Of a DNA stretch of 64,000 nt, positions 1-8,155 are shown piece after piece. The position numbers and the translations under genes are program-made. Positions within the stretch are counted from its first letter, which is position 1. Every line of letters begins with the position of its first letter. A model generated the notes under the pieces. That model was not told the origin of the DNA, did no database searches, and was given only the letters and a program-made list of their open reading frames with translations. This DNA comes from an uncultured Planctomycetota bacterium (GTDB lineage Bacteria; Planctomycetota; Brocadiia; CAIUPP01): assembly GCA_903901045.1 (NCBI GenBank), contig CAIUPP010000108.1, positions 3,720 through 67,719 of the forward strand, read 5' to 3'.

Positions 1-32
1 CCACGGTCTGCAATGGTCAAGATGTAGAACAT
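1..32 (-). CDS. 5' end of an unidentified gene running off the left edge (MFYILTIADR...)
   Basis: ATG at 32-30 preceded by GGAGGTGA (complement of 36-43). Only 10 codons are visible. Confidence 0.3.
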   Translation of the reverse strand, partial: MFYILTIADR

Positions 33-123
33 GATTCACCTCCTTCCAATTCTTGCCATGCTGCACGGAGTATTCGGTCAGCCGAAAGAGAGTTATGGAA
101 CCTCTTTCCGTGCATTGAAGAAC

Positions 124-162
124 AAAAAAGGCCCTTCCGGGCTGGTTCAGCCGCAGAAGGGC
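124..162 (-). terminator. Rho-independent-type terminator for the 196-387 gene
   Basis: On the minus strand: GCCCTTC..GGCTG-AAC-CAGCC..GAAGGGC hairpin followed by TTTTTTG (plus-strand A-run 124-129). Confidence 0.6.
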
Positions 163-195
163 ATCTAAGAATGAATGAAATGAAGTTCTTCCGGC

Positions 196-387
196 TTATT
201 CCGCCTTTGGCGCAGCGGAATCAGTCGGCTTTGATACTTTTGTCTTCTTAACGTACGTGAACCGTCGGCCGCATTTCTTGCACTTTCGCAACGGTCGCAA
301 TCCCAATGTCAGGGTCTTGCGTGATCCTTTGTGAACAGTCCTTGAACTATGACAGTACGGGCATAAGACAGGTCTTCCTCTTGGCAT
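196..387 (-). CDS. small zinc-ribbon protein (CPYC...CKKC), possible DNA-binding/IS-type zinc ribbon
   Basis: ORF track 196-396. The ATG at 387 lies 6 nt after GGAGGTG. Two CxxC pairs are about 22 aa apart, followed by a basic tail. Confidence 0.6.
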   Translation of the reverse strand: MPRGRPVLCPYCHSSRTVHKGSRKTLTLGLRPLRKCKKCGRRFTYVKKTKVSKPTDSAAPKAE

Positions 388-420
388 AAATCTCACCTCC
401 GAAGAAGCGAGGTCACGGGG

Positions 421-436
421 CCTTATAAAGCTTTCG
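421..436 (-). promoter_or_regulatory. CGAAAGCTTTATAAGG motif (BRE/TATA-like island motif) upstream of the 196-387 gene
   Basis: Reverse complement of 421-436. The TATA-like core is centred about 28 nt upstream of the SD of the downstream gene. Confidence 0.4.
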
Positions 437-440
437 GTGC

Positions 441-746
441 TCAGTTGCTCCGTTCGACCGGCACAGACATTCCCGCATCGTCACCGTCGTCGCCGGCATC
501 GCCGGATGGGCCGTCGGTTTTCTTGACCATCAGGTATTCATAGGCTTTCTGAAGTGCCAGAATGGCTTTGGGAAGTTCGTTGGCGCTCATACTGTGGGTG
601 CTCTTCCACTGGCCATCCTTGTCTTTGTACCTGACTTCCAGGATCACCTTGCCGATGTTCACGGTCTTGGGGCCGCGCTGCATGGTGTTCATGAAGATGG
701 CCGCTCTGACCGCACCGACCTTGAATGATATTTCGGGTTGGGGCAT
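441..746 (-). CDS. hypothetical protein with acidic tail; weak PC4/YdbC-like ssDNA-binding resemblance
   Basis: 101-aa ORF with AGGAGG upstream. The pattern VILEVRYKDKDGQWKSTHSMSANELPKAILAL resembles PC4-type domains; this rests on pattern memory only. Confidence 0.5.
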   Translation of the reverse strand: MPQPEISFKVGAVRAAIFMNTMQRGPKTVNIGKVILEVRYKDKDGQWKSTHSMSANELPKAILALQKAYEYLMVKKTDGPSGDAGDDGDDAGMSVPVERSN

Positions 747-762
747 TTTCCGCTTATTCCTC

Positions 763-798
763 CTATCGATAGGTGACTACCTATTCGATGCGATCGAT
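763..798. promoter_or_regulatory. cluster of overlapping palindromes (CTATCGATAG, ATAGGT-GACT-ACCTAT, CGATCGAT), candidate operator
   Basis: Read directly, just upstream of the minus-strand gene that starts at 746. Confidence 0.3.
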
Positions 799-1658
799 AA
801 GACGATGCAGTTTATATACCTTGTGGCTGATCCACATACTCAAGCGTAGAGGAAGGCCGGCCGAAGGCCGTGCGTGTCGCTGGACGAGCCTTCATCGAAG
901 CGAAGGAAAGAATGGATCAGCCCGCAAGCACCGTCGGAGCGAGTGCGGAAGTGGGTGCCAGACAGGTAACGTGGAGGGAAATGGCGCCGGGGGACTGGGG
1001 GTCGGTAAGGCCAAGGCTCTGGCTACAGAAGTCGTGTGCCCTTCAGGCGTCAAATGGCGGAAACAGGTGTTTCCGGGCCGGAAGAGAACGTTTTCTCAGA
1101 AAGCACTCTCGGCTGACGTGCCGCAATCGTTCAGGACTCGGCCATGTTTAGTGTTGTGATGGCGTGAATCGCAGTTCGTGCGCAACGATGCAAAGTCGTG
1201 CTTGGCCTATATACGCGAACTGGGCTTATAAACCTTTCGGTCATTTCTGATAACTGCCCTATGCCCAGTCTACAAAGCACCTGCACCCAGCTTGACCAAT
1301 ATGCGATGCCTGCCGAAGGCTCCCGGAGATCGCTGTCCAAACGGCAACGCGCCCTATCAAGCGCCACAGTGCGTCGCGTGGACCCTGTATCAGTCTGGCC
1401 GTTGAAGGTGACGGGGGAACTTGATTTGAGGTTCCCGAGGAAGGAGATATTGATCCCAAGCTGCTTCACCATCTGCCCGGTGCGAGGTGCCAGCGGCGCA
1501 CCATTTCCGCCATTCTCTGTGCCCTCCCCCGCCCGCCCACCGTCCACGGACACATTCAATGAACTTCTGTCGACGGAGGTTCTTGGAAATGTCTGACCCA
1601 GCCGATATACTACAGAGCATCTCGCAATGCTGATGGGCATTCACATCGGAGCCAACAA

Positions 1659-3017
1659 ATGATAGAAGGCCTGCTCGCCCGTGACGAGGGCAAGACGCTG
1701 GAGTTCAAGGAGAACTGCCGTCCGCTGGACCGCATTGTGCGGACCGCCGTGGCGTTCGCCAACACCGCAGGCGGCACTATCGTCATCGGCGTGAAGGACA
1801 AGAGTCGAGAGGTGGCAGGCATTGCCGACCCGTTGACCGACGAAGAGAGACTGGCCAACGCCTTTGCCGAGAACATCCGTCCTTTGCTGCTTCCCGACAT
1901 TCAGATTCAGACGTGGCGCAATCGCCAACTGCTTGTCGTGACGGTGCCCCATGCCGTCGGTCCCTACTTCGTTCGTTCTGAAGGAGCGGAGACCGGCGTC
2001 TATGTTCGGCTCGGTTCCACCAACCGCCCGGCGGGTCCGGAACTCGTTGCCGAGATTCGCCGTCTGACCCGGAATACGTTTTTCGATGAACAGCCTTGCC
2101 CTGAGGCAAGCTCGGAAGACGTTGACTTCCGAGCTGCTTCCGAGTTCTTTGCGGCGGCCTCACGCCCGTTCACGCCGTCGAAGCGACAGTCACTCAACCT
2201 CGTTGTGGGCCGGGGAGCGCATGAACGTCCCACCAACGGGGCAGTGCTCCTATTTGGCAAGACACGCTCTCACGTCTTTCCGTCGGCAACCATCCGGTGC
2301 GCTCGATTTGCCGGAGCGGACACGGCCAGGTTCCTGGATCAAACAGAGATTGACGAGTACATGCCAAGAGCCGTCGAAAGCGCGATTGCTTTCATTGAGC
2401 GCCATACCCGACAAGGCATCGAGATCGGCCGCGTTCGCAGGCGCGAAGTGCCGGAGTACCCCGTCGCGGCCGTACGCGAAGCCGTTATCAATGCCATCGT
2501 TCACGCCGATTACAGCATCGGTGGGGGCGGCACGAAGATCGCCGTCTTCAGTGACCGCATCGAAATCACCAATCCCGGCCTGCTTCCATTTGGTCTGACT
2601 CTGGAGGCGGCCCTATCGGGCGTCTCACGTTTGCGAAACCGTGTGATCGGCCGCACATTCCGAGAACTGGGGCTCATAGAGCAATGGGGTTCCGGCATCG
2701 GACGCATCGTCGCTGTCTGCGCCGCGTCGGGTCTTCCCATACCGCGCTTTGAGGAACTGGGCACCCATTTCAGGGTGACCTTGTTCGGCGAACATCTGGC
2801 CGCCCCCGTGCGCCAGGAGTGGCAAACGCTATTGTTGGAGCATCTTGCCAAGGAAGCCCGGATTTCCACTCAGGCAGCCGCAAAGTTGTGGAATACGTCG
2901 GACCGTACCGCTCGAACCCGCCTGCGCAGGCTTGTGGACGATGGCTTGCTTGCAGAAGTGGGTCGGGGGCCGAGAGATCCCTATCGCGCTTATGTGTTGA
3001 AGACAAAGTTGGCATGA
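1659..3017 (+). CDS. AlbA_2 (Schlafen-type) plus HATPase_c_4 domain protein with C-terminal wHTH; putative ATP-dependent DNA-binding regulator
   Basis: EGKTLEFKE...FANTAGGTIVIGV at the N-terminus, REAVINAIVHADYS...IEITNPG in the middle, and an HTH-like C-terminus (ISTQAAAKLWNTSDRTARTRLRRLVDDGLL). Confidence 0.8.
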   Translation: MIEGLLARDEGKTLEFKENCRPLDRIVRTAVAFANTAGGTIVIGVKDKSREVAGIADPLTDEERLANAFAENIRPLLLPDIQIQTWRNRQLLVVTVPHAVGPYFVRSEGAETGVYVRLGSTNRPAGPELVAEIRRLTRNTFFDEQPCPEASSEDVDFRAASEFFAAASRPFTPSKRQSLNLVVGRGAHERPTNGAVLLFGKTRSHVFPSATIRCARFAGADTARFLDQTEIDEYMPRAVESAIAFIERHTRQGIEIGRVRRREVPEYPVAAVREAVINAIVHADYSIGGGGTKIAVFSDRIEITNPGLLPFGLTLEAALSGVSRLRNRVIGRTFRELGLIEQWGSGIGRIVAVCAASGLPIPRFEELGTHFRVTLFGEHLAAPVRQEWQTLLLEHLAKEARISTQAAAKLWNTSDRTARTRLRRLVDDGLLAEVGRGPRDPYRAYVLKTKLA

Positions 3018-3140
3018 CGACAATGCAGGCCACGGGCCGCATAATCTGGGGAGCGTCCAGGGGAGGGACTCGGAAGACCCCACGAGACCCTGACCGCTGT
3101 ACCTCGGTACACACTGCAACCCTCACTTCTCCCTCTCGAA

Positions 3141-3158
3141 CCGAAAGGTTGATATAGG
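3141..3158 (+). promoter_or_regulatory. CCGAAAGGTTGATATAGG island motif upstream of the short recombinase
   Basis: Motif instance about 40 nt upstream of the ATG at 3195. Confidence 0.35.
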
Positions 3159-3194
3159 ACGGCCACTTCACATTTGTACAGGAATGTGAAGCAA

Positions 3195-3974
3195 ATGGCA
3201 GAAAACGACCATCTCCCCCGCATGGAAGACGTCGCCGGAGAGGCCAAACCGTCAAATGTGAAATCTTCTCAAAAATATGAGCGTTTCGGTGAGACGATAC
3301 GGTATCTCACGCTTCAAGAGCTTCAGCAACTCTTTGACTGCATCGGCAATTATCGGCACAAGCTCGCGACGCGCATGATTTACGAGCTTGGATGCCGGGT
3401 GGGCGAGTTCGTGCGGATTCAGCTCAAACACCTCAACTTCTCCCGCTCAACCGTGCTCTTCCCAGAGCAGAACACCAAGACCAAGCACCGGAGATTCAGT
3501 TTCCTTCCGGTCGGGCTGATGAATGAAGTGAAGAGCATGCTGAAGACAGACGGCAGGATGTCCAAGCGGGAGGAACGCCTCAAGAATGAAGAAGAATATT
3601 TGTTTCATTCGCCGGGCCGCCCCAACTTTCACTATTCTGAGAACAGGATCCGGCAGATCTTTCTGCGGTATGTGCAGAAGGCCGGCCTGGACCGGGAGTA
3701 CGGCCAGGACGTCAGGGGCAGGAAGCTTCACCAATTTACGGTCCATTCCTTGCGTCACAGTCATTGCGGTCATTACGTCCACATCTACAAGGTCCCATTG
3801 CCGATCGTTCAGAAGCAGGTCGGCCACCGCAGTCTGAAGACGACGAGCGTTTATTTGAATCCGTCGGACGAGCTTGTCGCCCAAGCCTATTCCGAGGCCC
3901 GACAGGACGCGCGACCTGCGCCAAAACCGAACGCAAGGTTTATAAGGGCCAGAGGCGTATTCATTCCAGAATGA
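3195..3974 (+). CDS. short tyrosine recombinase (phage-integrase family catalytic domain)
   Basis: Catalytic signature ELGCRVGEF (R), HSLRHSH (HxxR), GHRSLKTTSVYLN (H..Y). The ORF opens at TTG 3174; the first ATG is at 3195. Confidence 0.85.
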   Translation: MAENDHLPRMEDVAGEAKPSNVKSSQKYERFGETIRYLTLQELQQLFDCIGNYRHKLATRMIYELGCRVGEFVRIQLKHLNFSRSTVLFPEQNTKTKHRRFSFLPVGLMNEVKSMLKTDGRMSKREERLKNEEEYLFHSPGRPNFHYSENRIRQIFLRYVQKAGLDREYGQDVRGRKLHQFTVHSLRHSHCGHYVHIYKVPLPIVQKQVGHRSLKTTSVYLNPSDELVAQAYSEARQDARPAPKPNARFIRARGVFIPE

Positions 3975-4156
3975 CGACAGACAAATGCACAAGCAATGGA
4001 GAATTGGAAGGAATCATCGAGAAGCTGGAAGATGCCCGTGATTCCATAGAAGAGGTTCTTACGGAACTCGAAGAAGTCGAGGAAGGCCAGCGGTTTCACA
4101 GAACCGACATGCCGTATGACTTGGCGCCGGACACTGAGTACAACGGAGATGACTAA
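3971..4156 (+). CDS. small acidic helical protein
   Basis: ATGA overlap with the recombinase stop (3971-3974). 61 aa, Glu/Asp-rich, predicted helical. Confidence 0.4.
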   Translation: MTTDKCTSNGELEGIIEKLEDARDSIEEVLTELEEVEEGQRFHRTDMPYDLAPDTEYNGDD

Positions 4157-4158
4157 AA

Positions 4159-4175
4159 GCAAAGCTTATAAAGCC
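4159..4175 (+). promoter_or_regulatory. GCAAAGCTTATAAAGCC island motif; TATA-like core centred 25 nt upstream of ATG 4194 with no SD
   Basis: Read directly. No GGAGG lies between the motif and the ATG. Confidence 0.4.
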
Positions 4176-4193
4176 TGATCGCTTCATCTTGGA

Positions 4194-4502
4194 ATGGAAC
4201 AGGAATGGGCCGCACGCTTCGAGCAGGCGGAAGGAACGCTGAAGAGAATTGGGACACTGTTAGCCTGGCGCGAACTCGAAATCCGCGAGAGACGGGAGAC
4301 CTGCGACACGTCCATGCAGATCGCCACTTCGACAAAGGACGACCTGAAGGCGCAAGTCGGGGCTTTCGTAGGCGCATTCTTCACACTGAACGAGCAACAG
4401 GTGGTTTGCTCGCGGGCGGTGCGAGCGAGACAGACGCCGCACCTTCAGGAATTATGGAAACGGTTCCAATCGCTCGAATTGCGATTGGCAAAAGCTTTAT
4501 AA
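4194..4502 (+). CDS. hypothetical protein
   Basis: 102-aa ORF with no recognisable motif. It lies between two motif instances. Confidence 0.4.
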   Translation: MEQEWAARFEQAEGTLKRIGTLLAWRELEIRERRETCDTSMQIATSTKDDLKAQVGAFVGAFFTLNEQQVVCSRAVRARQTPHLQELWKRFQSLELRLAKAL

Positions 4503-4504
4503 GG
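4488..4504 (+). promoter_or_regulatory. GCAAAAGCTTTATAAGG island motif upstream of the orc1/cdc6-like gene
   Basis: TATA-like core about 28 nt upstream of the weak SD (GGAG 4527-4530). Confidence 0.4.
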
Positions 4505-4541
4505 ACGGGGCGCTTTACGCGTACAGTGGAGTTTGTACGCT

Positions 4542-5627
4542 ATGGACATTCAGGAGTACGTCACCCGACGGGAACAGGAGATCAGCAGGGCAACCGGCGC
4601 CATCCGCGACTTCAAGGTTTTCGATTTCAACTACATTCCCGACAAACCGTTGATGCGCGGGGAGGTCAAGCCTATAGCGGACGCTCTTCTGCGATACCAG
4701 AAGACAGGCATCGCCAATCATCTTCTTGTTTTCGGCAGCCGCGGATCCGGGAAAACGCTCACAGTCAGGTATCTTGCCCAACTACTCGGACAGAGCCATC
4801 TGGAGAGCGTCTACGTCAACTGCCGGAGTCACAACACCAGCTTCAAGCTCCTCGCCTCGCTCCTGGGCGTCAAGCCTCGGGGTTGCTCCCTGGATGAGCT
4901 CTGGCAGCGGTTCTGCGAAAGGCACCGCCAGAAGACCGTCATCGTCCTCGACGAAGCGGACCTTCTCTCGGACAAGGATAAGCACAAGGACATTCTCTAT
5001 CTTATCAGCCGCTCCCCTGAGAACTACATGGCCGTTCTGCTTAGCAACAACCCCAAGCTCCTGAACATGCTCGACGAGAGCGTCCGGAGCACCCTTCAGC
5101 CCGAGGTGGTCCACTTCAAGAACTACACCGCTCCCCAGATGCTCGAAATCCTGAGAGAAAGAGCCGGCACCGGCCTTTCCCGGCATGATCCCAGCCTACT
5201 GCAGCAGATCGCCGCACTGACCGTCAAGAACACCAGTTCGGACGTACGAGTGGCGATCAAGACCCTTTACTACATGGCCATTGAGCCGGGGCAGAATCTC
5301 CAGGCCAACTTCGAACGGGCGCGCCGCGACATCCTGGGCGACGTGATCCAGGACCTCAACGACAAGACGCTCCTCATCCTGCGCGCGGCGCTGGACGACT
5401 GTGCCCGGCATGCACGGTCCGTCTATGAAGCATATTGCGCTGTCAGCGGACAGGTGCATGAGGAACCTTTCAGTTACGTTCATTTCTACTCCAACCTCTC
5501 CTACCTCCAGAGCCTGGGGCTGATCCTGCTGGTCTCCACGAAGGTGGGGAAGACCTACACCAACACGATCCAGCCGCTCTTTGACCGAAGCCTCTTCGAG
5601 GCGGTCTGGCAGGCGCGCTTCGGTTGA
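4542..5627 (+). CDS. Orc1/Cdc6-family AAA+ ATPase (archaeal/eukaryotic-type replication initiator homologue)
   Basis: N-terminal FNYIPDKPLMRGEV, Walker A GSRGSGKT, Walker B VIVLDEADLL, LYLISR, sensor-like DVRVAIKTLY, C-terminal winged-helix-like LSYLQSLGLIL. An alternative TTG start is at 4533. Confidence 0.85.
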   Translation: MDIQEYVTRREQEISRATGAIRDFKVFDFNYIPDKPLMRGEVKPIADALLRYQKTGIANHLLVFGSRGSGKTLTVRYLAQLLGQSHLESVYVNCRSHNTSFKLLASLLGVKPRGCSLDELWQRFCERHRQKTVIVLDEADLLSDKDKHKDILYLISRSPENYMAVLLSNNPKLLNMLDESVRSTLQPEVVHFKNYTAPQMLEILRERAGTGLSRHDPSLLQQIAALTVKNTSSDVRVAIKTLYYMAIEPGQNLQANFERARRDILGDVIQDLNDKTLLILRAALDDCARHARSVYEAYCAVSGQVHEEPFSYVHFYSNLSYLQSLGLILLVSTKVGKTYTNTIQPLFDRSLFEAVWQARFG

Positions 5628-5630
5628 CCG

Positions 5631-5646
5631 GCAGGCTTTTATACTT
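5631..5646 (+). promoter_or_regulatory. GCAGGCTTTTATACTT island motif; core centred about 25 nt upstream of ATG 5665 with no SD
   Basis: Read directly. Confidence 0.35.
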
Positions 5647-5664
5647 CTCCAGCTACGCTTTTTC

Positions 5665-6036
5665 ATGGACCAAGACCACTACCGCAGTAGGAAGGAGGGC
5701 GAGATAGCCGGCATGCTGAGAAGGTACTCCCTGAACTTTCGACACGAGTACCCGTTGGCCGTGCTGGACCGAGAGCAACTTCGCCTATGGTATCCCGATT
5801 TTCTTCTACCCGACCAAGGAGTAATCATCGAATACTGCGGCATGCAGGGCAGTGAAGCTTACGATCAAGGCTGCCTGCACAAGAAGGAGGTTTTAAGACA
5901 GCTTGGTCTGCAGGCTCTGTTTCTTGAACCAGCCGACCTCCACGGATACTGGCCGGACAGGATTTTGGAATGGGTGGAAGGCGTTCAGATGAGGCGACTG
6001 GATGGTCTCCGAACGGCAAAGAAGCTCAAGCCATAG
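5665..6036 (+). CDS. PD-(D/E)xK-fold (TnsA/Vsr-like) nuclease-like protein
   Basis: SRKEGEIAGML...EYPL...WYPDFLLPDQGVIIEYCG matches the S..E...PDF...(I/V)E pattern of TnsA-N/Vsr-like nucleases. The usual Lys after Glu is replaced (EYC). Confidence 0.5.
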   Translation: MDQDHYRSRKEGEIAGMLRRYSLNFRHEYPLAVLDREQLRLWYPDFLLPDQGVIIEYCGMQGSEAYDQGCLHKKEVLRQLGLQALFLEPADLHGYWPDRILEWVEGVQMRRLDGLRTAKKLKP

Positions 6037-6123
6037 GGCTGAAGTATGTATGTACAGTTAATGCGTTGTGTGTTCTTGACATTAGCATTGACTCTCCGGA
6101 AGCAGACCACTTCGAAGTGGCAT

Positions 6124-6140
6124 CGAAAAGTATATAAACC
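6124..6140 (+). promoter_or_regulatory. CGAAAAGTATATAAACC island motif, near-identical to the copy at 8759-8775
   Basis: Read directly. No convincing ORF lies downstream. Confidence 0.3.
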
Positions 6141-6510
6141 CCTCCTGCCTTCCTGCGGCAGCGAAGGCTATCATCATTGGTCGTCTTCATGTCGCAGGCT
6201 CGCGTCGGTGGCCGGTTCCCGTCGCCAACTCAGTTTTGCGCAGCCGGGGCGTTCTTTCTTCTGGTCGGCCCATGACTTCAATGTGGTCGGCCCTCTTTCA
6301 CCTGGCTGTCCATCACGCGTAAACTCCGCACATAGTTCTCAACGGGCTGGAACGCCTCTGCCGAATGACATCCCGGTTCTTCAGAAAGCTCAAGATCGGG
6401 CATGCCGCACGTCCAGAAACCCCATCTGTCCAGGCGGAAATGGATTTCATGTCACGATACAGGCGTTGAGAGGCAAGTACTTCACTGACAGAGAGTTACA
6501 TGGTGAAATT

Positions 6511-6693
6511 CTAATCCGTTTCCAGGGCCTTTCTCTCTCTTTCCATTATTCCCAACCTATTATTAACTATCACCTCCTCCGTCAACACAACTATTTCTCT
6601 ATCATCTACTGTCATATCTAATGCTTCGTCGTCGGCAAGGCGCTCCTTGCCCATCATCGTCATGCGCCTCAGCGCGTTTGGGCAATGGCACAC
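6511..6693 (-). CDS. possible small acidic protein
   Basis: 60-aa ORF in an A/T-richer patch. No motif and the start is uncertain. Confidence 0.25.
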   Translation of the reverse strand: MCHCPNALRRMTMMGKERLADDEALDMTVDDREIVVLTEEVIVNNRLGIMERERKALETD

Positions 6694-7004
6694 CGCCCCC
6701 TTGCGGCCTCAGCCGCTCGTATCTCGCGGTGCGCACACCGCGCTCTCTGCGGCGGATCACCGCCGCCATGCGTGCCGCAGCACACGTCCCATCGGGACCG
6801 GAACGGTCCCGGCTATCTGTCGCCCGCAGGCGACGGCCCCTTCCACGGTCGGAGACCGTGTCGTATAAGCGACTCCCTCTTGTCGAGCTGGATTTCGACC
6901 TCGCCGATGAGAGTGGAGCGAAGCAACCTCCATCGGCAGAGCGGATGGAATCCCTCGACGAGCCAGAGTCGCAGTCTCTTCTTCTTTGGCCCGCGCCCGC
7001 AGGC

Positions 7005-7081
7005 CGAAAGCCCTATAGGGTTAGCTCGCCCACCGATCTTTCATTTCGGTCCCCAAGGGCGAGCGCCTTATACGGCTTTCG
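7005..7081. repeat. inverted pair of island motifs (CGAAAGCCCTATAGGGTTAGCTCGCCC / reverse complement CGAAAGCCGTATAAGGCGCTCGCCC) around a 25-nt spacer
   Basis: Read directly. The right arm continues into GAGGG. Confidence 0.6.
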
Positions 7082-7196
7082 AGGGCCATTGCCCGCCCGG
7101 TCAGCTCTTGCTCTCCTCAGCCATCGGAAGATGCCGGGAGGGTCGCCCCTCCCTGCCTTCCCTCAGGCCTTCTCTTTCAACTCTTGGCCTTTCCGT

Positions 7197-7481
7197 CTAT
7201 TCTTCCTGTGCCATTGCGGCATTGTCAATCAGCTTGGATGCCTGTCGCTTGGTCAGTCCAGGAGCTATCTCGACTCCTAGAGTCTTCAGATACTGCAACT
7301 GCTTGGTAGTCGCAGGCTCTCCGTTCATGCCTTCCCGCTCTTCTCTCATCTGGTCCATCCGTTCATCCTTTGCAATCTCGCCCAGGATTCTTACGGCAGA
7401 TCCTTCATCAGACACCTTGCCTTTCAACTGCGCCAACAGCTCCAGGTAATGGTCCACTTTCGCTTGTATGCTTGCTTTCAT
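7197..7481 (-). CDS. small protein with C-terminal HeH/DUF3072-like motif (ATTKQLQYLKTLGVE..TKRQASKLID); paralogue of 8156-8446
   Basis: The ATG at 7481 lies after GGAGGTGA. Motifs are shared with the paralogue along the whole length. Confidence 0.6.
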   Translation of the reverse strand: MKASIQAKVDHYLELLAQLKGKVSDEGSAVRILGEIAKDERMDQMREEREGMNGEPATTKQLQYLKTLGVEIAPGLTKRQASKLIDNAAMAQEE

Positions 7482-7520
7482 TTTCAGTTCACCTCCTTTC
7501 AATTGCTTGAATTTGCCGCT

Positions 7521-7718
7521 CTATGGAATTGTGCGTGGCAGACTTCCTTTGATGCCGTCATCAACTGGGCTTTCGTCCCGTCCTTTGCCATGCATAGGCG
7601 GGTTCTGAGCTTTGCCTGCAATCTGCGCCATTGCCGTTTGAGCCTCTATCAACGCATATCGCAGTCTTCCGAAGAGCCTGTGAAGTTCCGTCATCAATGC
7701 TTCTGTTTCTTGGTCCAT
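7521..7718 (-). CDS. small helical hypothetical protein
   Basis: The ATG at 7718 lies after AAGGAGGTGA. An alternative ATG is at 7742. Confidence 0.5.
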   Translation of the reverse strand: MDQETEALMTELHRLFGRLRYALIEAQTAMAQIAGKAQNPPMHGKGRDESPVDDGIKGSLPRTIP

Positions 7719-7833
7719 CTTTTCATTCACCTCCTTTGTCATGATCTAAATATAATCAGCCAGGAGGAGCGTCTCCTGGCTTTTTCATCAGCTTCGCCAC
7801 AGCTGACGCACATCATTCCCTGTCCGCTTTTGG

Positions 7834-8121
7834 CTACAGGGTCTCGATAATCGCGTCTGTGATCTCGGACGCTCGCTTCTGGCTCAAGTCCTTGGGAATG
7901 CTCCCATCATGGTCCAGAATGAACGATATCTGATCCAGTGTTGCAGGGGCATTGGTCCCCTTTGCCTCTGGGCCTTCCTCGTTCTGGTCCCGCAGGTTTC
8001 CATTTCGCTTCAGCCTGTGTCTGGCATGAAGCAATTCTTCGATGGCTTTCCCACATTCCACTCTGGCACAATTCAGCAAAGCGATCTGTCGATCCAGCAG
8101 TTCAATGTATTTCTCCACCAT
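7834..8121 (-). CDS. small protein: coiled-coil N-terminus plus degenerate HeH-like C-terminus (ATLDQISFIL..SQKRASEITD)
   Basis: The ATG at 8121 lies after AAGGAGGTGA. Confidence 0.6.
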   Translation of the reverse strand: MVEKYIELLDRQIALLNCARVECGKAIEELLHARHRLKRNGNLRDQNEEGPEAKGTNAPATLDQISFILDHDGSIPKDLSQKRASEITDAIIETL

Positions 8122-8155
8122 TGGTTCTCACCTCCTTGAATATGAAGAGGGGAGG

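Noticed and set aside
870-1640. Overlapping ORFs (870-1151, 773-1159, 1131-1640 minus, 1198-1596) in the 0.8-1.65 kb region
   Set aside because: No motifs, poor composition and mutually overlapping. The region may be non-coding, a degraded gene or an RNA, and is left unannotated.
6046-7449. Plus-strand ORFs 6046-6621, 6621-7280 and 6685-7449
   Set aside because: Ser/Pro/Arg/Cys-rich junk-like products that span repeat boxes and run antisense to SD-equipped small genes. I could not support any CDS between 6040 and 6500. Only sub-60-aa minus-strand ORFs occur there, and I did not call them.
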